The notes: generated from the sequence alone by a model not told the origin. Shown: positions 1 through 10,753, counted from the first letter of the stretch. The stretch is 64,000 nt of DNA from a bacterium (GCA_965261595.1 CBDHDG010000004.1:192001-256000), one strand, 5' to 3'. Numbers and translations: made by a program.

Positions 1-1
1 A

Positions 2-769
2 CTTGGACTCGCTCGAAGTGGACTGGTCCAAATCGGCGGCGGGGCGCAAATGCCTCGTTTTGCCACCTCAAAATCTCTCAAGCCCTATATTCCCAATGAA
101 TTAACGGCGGGTCTAAGTTCTCCAAAAATATTTCAGCCGGTCAGGGGGGGGAGAACGGCGTACGGATTGGTAGCGACCATCTTGGCTGACATTTGCGAAG
201 CAGTGCTTCTTGCGAGAGGTGCAGGATCATTGACAAATAAACAGGAACGCTTAGCGGACAGATGCGAATTTCTTATGAGAGGATTTGCTCGTGTCGGAAT
301 CATAGCCCTCGTTGACGAGGCGACTGGCTATCAACGCATTCGGGAAGAACGCGCCCTTGCCAAAATCCTTGAAAGATACATTGCCGATGAACTGCAACCG
401 TGGACAAAGACATTTCCCTACAACTTTTATGAGGGAATTGTCAAACTGAAACAGTGGCCGTCGATATATGCAATCAAACGCCCTTCCATCATTGGTCGAT
501 ACACCAACAATATCGTCTACGAGCGCATAGAGGACGGTTTGTATCATGCGCTTAGAAGGAAAAACCCCAAGCTCCCAGCTGGGTACAGGAAGCATAAACA
601 TCATCAGTGGTTCACGCCTGAGCATGGTCATCCCAAGCTGGAGGAACATATCTCCAATGTCAGCACCCTTATGCGAGTTGCGGCAAATTGGAAGTCGTTT
701 TATGAGACCTTGCTCCCGAGAGCATTTCCCAAAAAGCGCGAGCAGATACCCTTGGCACTGGATGATTGA
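2..769 (+). CDS. P63C-domain protein (phage Mx8 p63-like), 5'-truncated by the window edge
   Basis: Frame is open from position 2 (LGLARSGLVQIGGGAQMPRF...). GFARVGIIALVDEATGYQ..R...AL..IL..YI..EL.PW.KTFP and HHQW motifs are characteristic of P63C proteins. Confidence 0.8.
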   Translation, partial: LGLARSGLVQIGGGAQMPRFATSKSLKPYIPNELTAGLSSPKIFQPVRGGRTAYGLVATILADICEAVLLARGAGSLTNKQERLADRCEFLMRGFARVGIIALVDEATGYQRIREERALAKILERYIADELQPWTKTFPYNFYEGIVKLKQWPSIYAIKRPSIIGRYTNNIVYERIEDGLYHALRRKNPKLPAGYRKHKHHQWFTPEHGHPKLEEHISNVSTLMRVAANWKSFYETLLPRAFPKKREQIPLALDD

Positions 770-833
770 TATGACCGCCCCAAGTTGAGATAACGCTGGC
801 CTGTCGGGGAACATATTATCATAAGGTCTTAAT

Positions 834-2067
834 CTAGGAAATTCCGTAACAAATTTTTTCAGCTTCATCCAGCGGCGTGATCACCTCCCTGCCGCCCAGC
901 TCGACATAGACCTTCTCCGATTTCGGCGTCCTCCCTGTCAGCCAGTCCGTCAGCCAGTCGGCGGCGTAATCCACATAAGGGGCCTCGATGGAGTGCTTCA
1001 TCCCCTCGAACATCACGAGGCTCTTCGGCTGCCGAATCTTGCCGAAAACCTCCAGCGTTACGTCCATGGGCGACAGGTCTTCGTCCTCTCCGGTCACCAG
1101 CATCAGCGGGCAGGAGATCTTCTCCTCCAGGCCGTCTAGGGAGAGCGTCTCCATGAACCGGTCGAAGGCGTCCTCGTCGTCGTACCCGGACATGTACATG
1201 TAATTGAGCTTGAAGGTGGGCGAGGCCATGTTGAAGATGGTGTCCATCCCGCTCTCCCAGCAGGGGAGCATGAACGCGCAGGCCTTGAGCCGGCTTTCGG
1301 CCGCGGCCACGCGGAATCCCCAGTAGGTCCCCATGCTGAACCCCGCCAGGCCCAGGCGCGTCTCGTCGATGTCGTCCCGGGAGAGCAGATAATCGACGGC
1401 CCCGACCCCCGCTTCGACATAATTGTCCGCGGTCACCCGGATTTTCCGCAAGTTGGAGGCCCCCTGCCCCGGCCCGTCGATGATGAGCGTCGCGACGCCC
1501 GCTCCAGGAACGGATCGCCGTACATGGCGGAATTTTCTTTCACCATATCCATGCCCGGCGTGATGAGGACGGCGGGATGCGGGGGCGCCCCGCACGTGGG
1601 AAGGTGAAGCAGCGCGGGGACGGAGCGCCCCTCGAATGGAATCTCCACCCGCTCGATGAAGTGCGGGGCGTACTGAATGTACTTGTCGTAGCAATGGTCC
1701 TGCAATTCCTGGAGCTCGATGTGTTTCGGGTGATCGTCCTCGAAGAGCGGCCAATGGGCGTTGCAGTAATGCTGGACGGCGATGAAATAGTTCTCGCGCG
1801 CGAGGACGGTGCGGCCCTCCGCTTCGGCCTTCTCCGCCCGCGCCTGCCGTTTCCGGGCCGCCTTGGCGAACTCGCGCCCGATGTCCGCGTACCGCCCTGG
1901 CGGATCAACGTGACGTCGCCGAGGGCCTTGGGGCTGCAATAGTTCAGCACCCGGCTCGTCCGGCCCTGGTCCCAATCCACGCCGACGGCCCGGACGATGT
2001 TGTCCAAGATCCACCGCTGTTCTTTCCAACGGCGTATCACCTTTTCGCGATCCCGGCTGATCTTCAT
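834..2067 (-). pseudogene. alpha/beta hydrolase (2,6-dihydroxy-pseudooxynicotine hydrolase/FrsA-like), split by two frameshifts (probably sequencing error)
   Basis: Three overlapping ORF pieces join into one protein: ERVEIPFEG..PALLHLP, GMDMVKE, IDGPGQG, nucleophile GFSMG, C-terminal EGMKH. Shifts near 1890 and 1500. Confidence 0.75.
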
Positions 2068-2140
2068 TCATCGTCCTCCGCGGTTATCGTTTCATCCTTT
2101 GAAAAGCTTGATTCGCCGGCGGCTTCCGACGCCTTCCGGA

Positions 2141-2959
2141 TCACCGGGAGAGAAACCGCCGCCAGGCGTTTCGGAACTCCCGGACGGAGCCGGGCGCGTG
2201 TCCGGCGTAGTGGTTGTTGAAATAGACGAACACGTTATGGACCCCCTTGTTCAGAATATCCTGGATGATCGGCGTCCATAGGTCCATGTCCTCGGTTCGG
2301 TCCCAAATGAGCCGATCCCAATCCTGGGTCTCGGCCTCGATTTCATGCCGGTCGCCGATAAACCGGATATAGGAAAAGTCGGCCGTTACGGGGTTCACCC
2401 GTCGGTGGATCTCGTCCACCCGCGTCATCCAGGGGTGGTCGATGAGACAGAAGGCAATCCCCCTTTCGCGAAGCGGTCCGAGGAGCCGCTCGGTCACCCA
2501 GCCCTTGTTCCGCACCTCGACCGCATAACGGCGTCCCTCGGGAAGCGACGCCACGAACCTTTTCAGCCGTTCAATGAATCCGTCCGCATTCGGAAAGGCC
2601 TTCCGGTTGAAATAGGGGAACTGGAACAGGATCGGCCCCAGACGGTCTTCCAGGAGGTCCATCACCCGCAGGAAGGCGCGCACCTCGTCCTCGCAGTCCA
2701 CGAGCACCTTTTCATGCGTGATGACCCGGGGCGCCTTCGCTGCGAAGAGAAACCCGTCCGGGGTCTTTTCTTTCCATCCCTGAACGGTCGCCGGCCGGGG
2801 GGTTCCGTAGAATGTGGAGTCTATCTCAACGGTGTCGAAGACGCGGCTGTATTCGCTGATGTAATTCCCCGCCCGGCATTTGTCCGAGTAGAACACCCCG
2901 CGCCACGACGCCGTCGACCAGCTTGATGTCCCGACGCGCAGGCCGGCGGGCAAGGCCAT
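2141..2959 (-). CDS. DUF72 family protein
   Basis: VGTSSWS, YSRVFDTVEIDSTFYG.P, FAAKAPRVITH, LGPILFQFP, AVEVR, VYFNNHYAGHAP motifs; ATG at 2959. Confidence 0.9.
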   Translation of the reverse strand: MALPAGLRVGTSSWSTASWRGVFYSDKCRAGNYISEYSRVFDTVEIDSTFYGTPRPATVQGWKEKTPDGFLFAAKAPRVITHEKVLVDCEDEVRAFLRVMDLLEDRLGPILFQFPYFNRKAFPNADGFIERLKRFVASLPEGRRYAVEVRNKGWVTERLLGPLRERGIAFCLIDHPWMTRVDEIHRRVNPVTADFSYIRFIGDRHEIEAETQDWDRLIWDRTEDMDLWTPIIQDILNKGVHNVFVYFNNHYAGHAPGSVREFRNAWRRFLSR

Positions 2960-3381
2960 CTGAAATGTCTCCTGCCCGGAAACCATCCGGGCAATATAAC
3001 CGACGGACCGATCCCGATCCATGAAGGAGATTCCTTCCCGCCTCCGTTGCCGGACAGGCCGTTCTCCTTTAGACTTTCCCCCAACCCGCAGCGGAGGACG
3101 CGAAGCGGAAATTCGCGGTTTGCTTCAAAACCTCCCTCCTCGATTCTGGCCCCAGTGGACTCAGAATGAGTGCATTCGCTACAATCAGAATGCCGGTGCC
3201 ATTCATCACTGACGATTCAGGTTAAAGATGGCAGTTGTTTTTCAATTAGGCGAGAGTCCTTGGACCCGTAAAAAAATGTGTGATAAATTACAATTGGATA
3301 GATGTAGCAGTGTGACCGACAGCGGGCATAACCCCAGGTTGGACTTACCCCGGTTTCGTGGAGAGTTAAGCACTTGGGTTT

Positions 3382-4230
3382 TCAGGGTGTGCGTTGTTGT
3401 CTCCTTTCGTAGTTAACGGGTGACAGGTTGTCGATGGAGGAGTGCCGACGATGCGGGTTGTAGAAGCCCTCGATGAACCCGAACACCTCCATGCGCGCCT
3501 CGGCCCGGGTGCGGAAACTGTGGCGAGCGAGGAGCTCGCACTCCAGCGTGGCGAAAAAGCTCTCACACAGCGCGTTGTCGTAGCAGTCCCCGACCGAACC
3601 CATGGAGGGACGCCCGCCCGCCTGCCAGCAGCGCTGCCCAAAGGCGACCGAGGTGTACTGCGTGCCCTGGTCGGAGTGGTGGATGACGGCCCGGGGACGG
3701 CGCTTATACAGCGCCATGTCGAGCGCGTCGAGCACCAACTCGGCCCGCAGGTGTGTGGCCATCGACCACCCCACGATGCGCCGGCTGAACGCATCGAGCG
3801 CCACGGCCAGATACAAAAACCCCGCCCATGTCGGAACGTAGGTGATGTCGGCCACCCACAGCCGGTCGGGGGCCTCGGCCGTGAAGTTGCGGTCCACCAG
3901 ATCAGGGGCCGGCCGCGCCTCCTGCCGGCGCTGCGTCGTGCGCGCTCCCTTGCGCCGACTGACGCCCGCAAGTCCCGCCCCACGCATCAGCCTGGCGACG
4001 CGCTTGCGGCCCACACGCACTCCCTCAGCCTCCAACTCGGCATGGACGCGCGGCACGCCGTAAGTCCCCCGAGAACGCTCGTGGATCGCCTGAATGCGTT
4101 TGGTGAGCGCCCGATCGGCACACGAGCGGGCACACGGCGCGCGCCTGCGCCACGCGTAGTAGCCGCTGGAGGAGACGCCCAGCACCCGGCACATGGTGGC
4201 GGTCCGATACATGGCCTGGTTCGCCCTCAC
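3382..4230 (-). CDS. IS3 transposase OrfB (rve DDE integrase core)
   Basis: WVADITY, HHSDQGTQY, DNALCESFF.TLECE, YNPHRRHS. Confidence 0.93.
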   Translation of the reverse strand: MRANQAMYRTATMCRVLGVSSSGYYAWRRRAPCARSCADRALTKRIQAIHERSRGTYGVPRVHAELEAEGVRVGRKRVARLMRGAGLAGVSRRKGARTTQRRQEARPAPDLVDRNFTAEAPDRLWVADITYVPTWAGFLYLAVALDAFSRRIVGWSMATHLRAELVLDALDMALYKRRPRAVIHHSDQGTQYTSVAFGQRCWQAGGRPSMGSVGDCYDNALCESFFATLECELLARHSFRTRAEARMEVFGFIEGFYNPHRRHSSIDNLSPVNYERRQQRTP

Positions 4231-4541
4231 GAACCCGTAGATCCGGACGGGATCGAATCGGTCTCCCGAGCAAACCAGGCCGCGGCTTTTGCTAAGATCT
4301 CCCGCTCCTGGCGGAGCTGTCGGTTCTCGCGGCGAAGTCGGCGCAACTCCTCCCGCTCATCGCTCGTGAGCCCGTCTTTGCGACGCCCCTCGTCAACGTC
4401 GGCTTGATGGGCCCAGGTGCGGATCGTCTGCGCCGAGGGCTCGAACTCGTGCGCCAGCGCCTCGGGCGTGCGTCCCGCCCGGACCAACTCTACCATCTGG
4501 CAGCGGAACTCCATTGGATAGCGTGGGTGAGTCTGTGGCAT
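4227..4541 (-). CDS. IS3 transposase OrfA (HTH)
   Basis: RYPMEFRCQMVELV...EELRRLRRENRQLRQEREILAKAAAWFARE; overlaps orfB at GTGA. Confidence 0.9.
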   Translation of the reverse strand: MPQTHPRYPMEFRCQMVELVRAGRTPEALAHEFEPSAQTIRTWAHQADVDEGRRKDGLTSDEREELRRLRRENRQLRQEREILAKAAAWFARETDSIPSGSTGS

Positions 4542-4599
4542 CGTGAACACCTCCTTTACCCCCAAATCATCAGGTGTCCACCAAACCGGGTCAACTCCA

Positions 4600-5026
4600 C
4601 CTATCTAAAAACAATTATCGCTTGGCCCGAACGTTGGGCCAGAAACTCAAAGCCGATTTCGTCTTGATCGTTTCCGGCCGGAATGCCTTCCGCTTCACAC
4701 TCGTCGACGTCAAGGGGAAAGCGCCCAATTATTTTATTCATGCGAGTTCGCAGAACCTTCGCGCTCCTTTGTTAACCCAGCGCTTAAAGCACTTGGTCTC
4801 GATAGCTGACATCCATATTGTTACGGCCCTCTTGCAAAAGGTCGTTGCATCCCACAAGACGGGGAAGAAAGCGGCTGCTCCCGCCAAATTTAAACGTCTC
4901 CAGGCACTTGCCGAGGAGGTAAGGGTCGAAGCGAAAACCCGCGCGGAGATAGTGCGTCAAAAAATCAAACGACGGAAGGGAATCTCTGAATTCAGCGTGG
5001 AAGAGGTGCGTAAGAACTCATATTGA
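4600..5026 (+). pseudogene. 3' remnant of a hypothetical gene abutting the IS3 end
   Basis: Open frame runs from the IS boundary to 5026 with a Lys/Arg-rich C-terminus; no recognisable family. Confidence 0.35.
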
Positions 5027-5118
5027 AAATTGAAACACTTGGCAGCAGTGTCCGGACATATTCCTTTTTTGCTAGACCATTGCGGCTCCTTCCTCTCTAT
5101 TTCCTTCCAGGGTGGCTT

Positions 5119-5127
5119 TGCTAAAAT
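5119..5127 (+). promoter_or_regulatory. extended -10 promoter candidate (TGcTAAAAT)
   Basis: TGn plus near-consensus -10 about 60 bp upstream of the Mo-hydroxylase ATG. Confidence 0.35.
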
Positions 5128-5186
5128 AGATCAACCGAAACCAGCCGCCCGCTCATCGGTCACCTAAACTCTTCAAAGGATTCCGG

Positions 5187-7487
5187 ATGAACCCGTTCAC
5201 CGCAATCGGAAAGCCCACGCCGCTCATCGACGCGCCTCAGAAGGCCTCCGGGACCGCCGGGTTCGTCTCCGATGTCCGCGTGCCGGGCCTGCTTGCGGGG
5301 AAGGTCCTGCGCAGCCCGCACCCGCACGCCCGCATTCTCCACGTCGACGTGGAAGCGGCCCGGAATGCGCCCGGCGTTCACGTCGTCGTCACGGGCGCCG
5401 ACGCCCCCAATCCGCGCTGGGGTTGGACGGCCCTGAAGGACCAGTTCGTCCTGGCGACCGATCGGGTCCGGTTCGCCGGAGAGGAGGTCGCCGCCGTCGC
5501 GGCCAAAGACGAGGCCGCCGCCATCGAGGCCCTCGAGCGCATCCAAGTGGATTACGAACCCCTGGAAGCCGTCTTCGACCCGGAAGAGGCTATGACTGAA
5601 GGGGCGCCGCAGATCCACGGGAAACCCAAGAACATCGCCTACGAAGCCCACGTCGAGCGGGGCGACGTGGAAGCGGCCCTCGGCGCGGCGGACGTCGTCC
5701 ACGAGGCGACTTACTCCACACACTCCCAATACCAGGCGTACATGGAGCCTATGGGGAGCGTCGCGAAGCCCGAGGGAAGGGACCGCTACACCCTTTGGAC
5801 CCCGCTCCAGCACCTATTCCTTTCGCGGGATTTGATCGCCGAGACCCTGGGGCTGAACAAGGAAGACCTCCGCCTGATCCAGCCCTTCGTCGGCGGGGCC
5901 TTCGGGGGAAAGGCGCTCGAGGAGCCCAACGCCTTGATCACCCTGCTCCTGGCCATAAAGTCCGGCCGGCCGGTCCGGCTGTTCAACACCCGGACGGACG
6001 AGTTCACGGCCGCCCGGCCCCGGGTGCCCTCCAAGGTCTGGCTGCGCATGGGCGCCCGCAAAGACGGGAAGCTTCTCTCCAAGGAGGCGCGCATCGTCGC
6101 CGACAACGGGGGCAGCACCGGCCTGGCGGACGCCATCATGCGGACCGCCTGCTACCGCCCGGACAACACATACCGGATCGAAAACATCCGGACCGACGGC
6201 TGCCTCGTCTACACCAACAATCTTCCGTCCGGCGCGTTTCGGGGGTTCGGCAACCCCCAGGGGACCTTTCCCCAGGAAAGCCACCTGGACGCCCTGGCCC
6301 TTGAGCTGGGAATCGATCCCCTCGAGCTTCGCCTGCGGAACACCGTCCAGCCCGGCGACGTGACCGTTCACGGCTGGAAGATCGACTCCTGCGCCCTGGA
6401 CGACTGCATTCGCTCCGCCGCCGAGGCGTCCGGTTGGAAGGAGATCCGCGCCCGGTCCCGGGAAAACGGGAAGATCCGCCGCGGTATCGGATTCGCGTGC
6501 GCCATCCACATCAGCGGAAACCGGATGTTCGCCGACTGGGACGGCTCCAGGGCGATTGTGGAGGTGAACGCCGCGGGCGGCGTCCTGGTCCGAACCGGCG
6601 AGGGGGACATCGGCCAGGGGTCCCGAACCGTGGCCGCCATCGTCGCCGCCGAAGAATTGAAGGTCGGCGTGGACCGCGTTCAGATCTCGGAGACCAATAC
6701 GGAGACCGCACCTTACAGCCTCGGGGCCTATGCGAGCCGCCTGGCCCTGGTGGCCGGGAACGCTGTCCGGCTGGCCGCCGCCGCCGCGCGTGAAAAACTC
6801 CTCCCGGCCGCCGCCGATCTTCTGGAAGTCGCCCCCGCCGACGTGGAATTGCGCCTCGGAGGTTTCTGCGTCCGCGGCGCGCCCGAGCGGTCCGCGCCCT
6901 TCGAGGAGGTCTGCCGCGAGGCCTGCTCCCGAAATGGGGGGGCGCCGGTCGAGGGCGAGGGGGAATACGACCCGCCCACGCAGGCGGCCGACGAGAAAAC
7001 CCTTTTCGGCAACATCGCGCCGGCCTATGAATTCGCCGCCCAGACCGCCGAAGTCGAGGTGGACACCGAGACCGGCCGCGTCCGGGTCGTTCGCGTGACG
7101 GCGGCGGACGACGTGGGACGGGTCCTGAATCCCTTGGCCGCCCACGGCCAGGTCGAGGGCGCGGTCGGCCAGGGGACGGGCTTCGCCCTCCTTGAAGAGG
7201 TAAAATTCGAGGGCGGCCAGGTGATCAACGGGAACTTCGCGGACTACGTCCTGCCCAAGGCCGAATCCATGCCCGCTATCGATTCGATCATGGTCGAGTC
7301 CGACGACCCCCACGGCCCCTACGGCGCCAAAGGCGCCTCGGAAGCGGCCATCGTCCCGACCGCCCCGGCCATCGCCAACGCCATTTTCCACGCGACGGGC
7401 GTCCGGCTCACCTCCCTGCCCATCACCGCCGAAAAGGTGCTCACCGCCTTGAAGGCGCTCGCCGCCTTAAAGGCGCAAGACGCATAG
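5187..7487 (+). CDS. xanthine dehydrogenase-family molybdopterin-binding large subunit (CoxL/4-HBCR alpha-like)
   Basis: LRSPHPHARI, VGGAFGGK, GAFRGFG, DIGQGS, GQVEGAVGQG and GPYGAKGASE motifs; 766 aa. Confidence 0.92.
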   Translation: MNPFTAIGKPTPLIDAPQKASGTAGFVSDVRVPGLLAGKVLRSPHPHARILHVDVEAARNAPGVHVVVTGADAPNPRWGWTALKDQFVLATDRVRFAGEEVAAVAAKDEAAAIEALERIQVDYEPLEAVFDPEEAMTEGAPQIHGKPKNIAYEAHVERGDVEAALGAADVVHEATYSTHSQYQAYMEPMGSVAKPEGRDRYTLWTPLQHLFLSRDLIAETLGLNKEDLRLIQPFVGGAFGGKALEEPNALITLLLAIKSGRPVRLFNTRTDEFTAARPRVPSKVWLRMGARKDGKLLSKEARIVADNGGSTGLADAIMRTACYRPDNTYRIENIRTDGCLVYTNNLPSGAFRGFGNPQGTFPQESHLDALALELGIDPLELRLRNTVQPGDVTVHGWKIDSCALDDCIRSAAEASGWKEIRARSRENGKIRRGIGFACAIHISGNRMFADWDGSRAIVEVNAAGGVLVRTGEGDIGQGSRTVAAIVAAEELKVGVDRVQISETNTETAPYSLGAYASRLALVAGNAVRLAAAAAREKLLPAAADLLEVAPADVELRLGGFCVRGAPERSAPFEEVCREACSRNGGAPVEGEGEYDPPTQAADEKTLFGNIAPAYEFAAQTAEVEVDTETGRVRVVRVTAADDVGRVLNPLAAHGQVEGAVGQGTGFALLEEVKFEGGQVINGNFADYVLPKAESMPAIDSIMVESDDPHGPYGAKGASEAAIVPTAPAIANAIFHATGVRLTSLPITAEKVLTALKALAALKAQDA

Positions 7488-7602
7488 ATATCGAATCCAC
7501 CCGCTCCTTCCCGGCCGGAACGCGGCGAGCCGACTTGAAGTCGTTCCGTGCATGCCGCCGGGCTTTCATTCCTCGATCCCACCCCCGTGTAAAGGAAAAG
7601 CC

Positions 7603-8415
7603 ATGTCCACCATCAAACTCCTGGAAGACGCGGAAATCACCGCCGGACCCGACGGGAAGATAGTCGAGCGGATTCTCCTGCGGGAGAAGAAACTCTTCAA
7701 CGTCGATCATCTCTCGAACGTCTGGAAGGCCCAGGCCCACCTCCCTGGCTACATCGAGGCCAGCTGGAACCGGTCCCGCGCGACGATGCAGCGGGGAGAT
7801 GTTCCGCCCATCATCAAGGAGCTGACCGCTTCCGCCGTCTCGATCATCAATGTCTGTCATTACTGAATCGACTCCCACATCGCCGCGGTCATGCGGCTTG
7901 GACTGGATGAAACGGGCGTGACGGAGCTGATGGCCATCGTGGACCACGTCCGCGGCTTGAACAAGGTGGCGGATGGCCTCTTCCTGGAAGACGACCGGGG
8001 CGCCGAAGAACCGCTGATTCCCTTTCCCAAAGAAGGCGATTTGGACAATCGGACATGTCAGATCCTGAATGCAGCCGCCGAGGCCGAAGAGAAGCGCCTA
8101 GGCCGCGTCGGCGTCCCGAAGATCTGGAAGGCCCTCTCCCGAAACTTCCACTACCTCGAGGCCACGTGGGCGAAGCACCGGCTCCTCTTCGACCGTCCGG
8201 GGATCGACCCCCTGGGAAAGCTCGCCGTGGGCCTGGGCGTCAGCGTGACGAACGGCAGCCGATACTTCATCCGCTATTTCACCCGGGCGCTGACCCACGC
8301 CGGGTGGGATGAAGGCCGGATCCTCGAAATCTTCGGCGTGGTGGACCACTACAGCAGCTTCAACACCATCACTTCCGGCATGCAGGTCGAGTCCGACATC
8401 CGGCCGGAAGGTTGA
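7603..8415 (+). CDS. two-domain AhpD/carboxymuconolactone decarboxylase-like protein with in-frame UGA (probable selenocysteine, CHYU)
   Basis: RBS AAGGA then ATG 7603. KELTASAVSIINVCHY-TGA(7864-7866)-IDSH continues in frame to 8415. The TGA occupies the second Cys of the AhpD VSxxNxCxYCxxxH motif. Confidence 0.8.
7882..7897 (+). promoter_or_regulatory. candidate bacterial SECIS hairpin
   Basis: GCCGC-GGTCAT-GCGGC stem-loop; the G-led apical loop starts 20 nt after the UGA. Confidence 0.55.
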
Positions 8416-8418
8416 GCG

Positions 8419-9233
8419 GTGAGCATTCCCATTCACCAGGTCGACGCCTTCACCGATAAGCCCTTTCGGGGAAACCCCGCGGCGGTTTGTCTCCTTCAAG
8501 ACCCGGCCGATGAAGACTGGATGCGGGCCGTCGCCCGCGAGATGAACCTGTCCGAAACCTCTTTTCTCTACCGGGATGGCGGCGGTTTCAACCTGCGCTG
8601 GTTCACCCCGGCCGTGGAGGTGGACCTCTGCGGCCACGCCACATTGGCGGCCGCCCACGTTCTTTGGGAAACGGGCGAGCTGGGCCGGGACGAGCGGGCG
8701 GTCTTTTACACACGCGGCGGCATTCTCACGGCCGGGCTTCAAGGAGGGAGGGATTGGATCGGGCTGGATTTTCCCGCCGCGCCCGAGCGCCCGATGACCG
8801 GTGAAACCCCGGATTCCGCGTTGGTGGCGGCCCTGGGCGTCAAGCCGAAATACATTGGAATGAACCGGTTCGACTACCTGGTTGAAGTGGATTTTGAAGA
8901 AACCCTTAAAACCCCCAAGCCGAATATGAAGTCCCTGGCGGAGCTGCCGGTTCGGGGAGTCATCGTCACGTGCGCGTCGGCTTCGAGCGAGTTCGACTTC
9001 GTCTCACGGTTCTTTGCCCCCGGGGCGGGAATCGACGAGGACCCGGTGACCGGGTCGGGCCACTGTTTCCTCGGCCCGCATTGGAAAAAGCGCCTCGGGA
9101 AAGACGAATTCACCGCATATCAGGCGTCCGAGCGGGGCGGCGTTGTCCGGGTGCGGGTTGCGAGGGAACGGGTCATTCTCAGCGGAAAGGCGTGACTATC
9201 TCAGCGGGACTCCTTAAAGTAACAGATTTATAA
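8419..9233 (+). CDS. PhzF-family isomerase (1-nt frameshift near 9192, likely error)
   Basis: QVDAFTDKPFRGNPAAV, EMNLSET, EVDLCGHATLA, EDPVTGS; restoring one G gives the usual ...GKAVT... C-terminus ending at 9233. Confidence 0.88.
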
Positions 9234-9337
9234 AATGTGTTATCTTATTGAAATAGCATACTGATATTTAATTCTATATTTCGAAACATGATATGGAACT
9301 GGGTCCTGCATTGACTAATTCGTTGAATATATCAATG

Positions 9338-9377
9338 ACCGTCCACCGGTAGGGCGGGCATCCTGCCCGCCCCGCTT
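9338..9377 (+). repeat. GTAG-type REP-like palindrome, copy 1
   Basis: GTAG-GGCGGGCA-TCC-TGCCCGCC; 40-bp match to the reverse complement of 39628-39667. Confidence 0.75.
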
Positions 9378-9578
9378 TGACATTTATGTGTGGCCCCCAA
9401 AGAAACCTTGATATCCGTGGTACAATGTGGACCTAGACAAGAACATTTAGGAAACTGGCAGTGTCAAAGCCCAGGGCAATTGGGCATTCTCGTCGTAGAC
9501 TGTCGCATGGCTCCATTCTGAAGGGACATCTTGATGCCCTTTGGGAGCCGGAGGCTCTCTCCATTGGAGGATTCACCG

Positions 9579-10622
9579 ATGAAACGAACCGCAAGGTGTT
9601 TTTCACTCTTTGTCCTTGCAGCAATGATGTTTCTCTTCAGTTCCTTCGCCACACCGGAAATGGGGGAGGCGGCGACCAAGGTTCGGGTCGCGATGAGCTG
9701 GGTTTTGGCGGGGGATTCCGTCCCGGAATTTGTCGCCTTGGAAAAGGGGTTTTTTGCGGCCGAAGGGATTGAGACGACCATCCAGCGAGGTCATGGCGCA
9801 GTTGACACCCTAAAAAGAGTTGCGGCCGGAGACCTCGACCTCGGGAGCTCGGTCCTGGTGAGCGTTGCACTGGGCCGTGCGTCGGGGACAAAGGCAAAGA
9901 TCATCAAGATTTCGATGCACACCTCCCCCTATGGGCTGGCCTACATGAAAGGAATCGGGATAAATAAGCCCAAGGACCTGGAAGGCAAGAAGGTGGCTAT
10001 TCCCATTTATTCCTCGGTTCTTCAATTCTGGCCGGCCTTTGCCAAGGTGAACGGGATTGACCGATCAACGGTAGAGATGATCAATCTCAAGGGCTCCCTT
10101 CTAGGGACCAGTCTCGCCTCAGGCATGGTCCACGCCGTGGACAGTTGGATGACCTCTTTCCCCCCAAAAGCGGCCGCCGCGAAGAAGATGGGCAAGGAGG
10201 CCGGGTTTTTCCTCTGGTCGGATTACGGACTGTCGGACATGTACGGGGCCGCGTTTGTAGCGAGAGAAGACACCATCGCCAACAAGCCCGAGATGCTCCA
10301 AAAATTCCTCAACGCTAACATTCGGGGAATGGTCTATGCCCACCAGCATCCCAAAGAGAGCGTGGAGATCTTCCTGAAACACAACGCGGCTGCCAGCCGG
10401 TCCCTGACTGCTCAACAGTGGAAAGCCATGAAGCACCTGTCGACGGATGAAAACTTCAAGAAGGATGGATTCGGCTACGTCAACGCGGGCAAAATGGAAC
10501 GGGCCATGAAGCTGATTCGAACCTACGTCGGCTTGAAAAACCCCGTTGCGACCAAAGACACTTACACTAACCAATTCATCGAGCGGGTTCCCAAGAAATA
10601 TCGCTTCCCCAAGCTCCCGTAG
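9579..10622 (+). CDS. ABC transporter substrate-binding protein, NMT1/THI5/SsuA-like
   Basis: GGAGG RBS, signal peptide, FVALEKGFFAAEGI, KPKDLEGKKVA, YTNQFI; no permease or ATPase adjacent. Confidence 0.85.
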   Translation: MKRTARCFSLFVLAAMMFLFSSFATPEMGEAATKVRVAMSWVLAGDSVPEFVALEKGFFAAEGIETTIQRGHGAVDTLKRVAAGDLDLGSSVLVSVALGRASGTKAKIIKISMHTSPYGLAYMKGIGINKPKDLEGKKVAIPIYSSVLQFWPAFAKVNGIDRSTVEMINLKGSLLGTSLASGMVHAVDSWMTSFPPKAAAAKKMGKEAGFFLWSDYGLSDMYGAAFVAREDTIANKPEMLQKFLNANIRGMVYAHQHPKESVEIFLKHNAAASRSLTAQQWKAMKHLSTDENFKKDGFGYVNAGKMERAMKLIRTYVGLKNPVATKDTYTNQFIERVPKKYRFPKLP

Positions 10623-10713
10623 AGCGGGTGAAACGCGCTGGGGTTCTACCCAGTGTTTGAATAAGCAACGGCAGTGCCCATTTTATCCAAAACTTCGAAA
10701 GCCACTGAAATAC

Positions 10714-10753
10714 AGGGGCGGGGCAAGAGTCGGCTGACTCTTGCCCCGCCCCT
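10714..10753. terminator. strong 18-bp perfect hairpin (terminator or mRNA-stabilising stem)
   Basis: AGGGGCGGGGCAAGAGTC-GGCT-GACTCTTGCCCCGCCCCT between the SBP gene and ubiD; U-tract weak. Confidence 0.55.

Larger units (their letters stand above)
3340..4599 (-). mobile_element. IS3-family insertion sequence (1260 bp)
   Basis: Imperfect terminal IRs TGGACTTACCCCGGTTTCGTGGA / TGGAGTTGACCCGGTTTGGTGGA (TG...CA ends); orfA plus orfB; no clear target duplication. Confidence 0.92.

Noticed and set aside
3330..4605. Target-site duplication for the first IS3
   Set aside because: Flanks (AGGT / CCTA) are not direct repeats.
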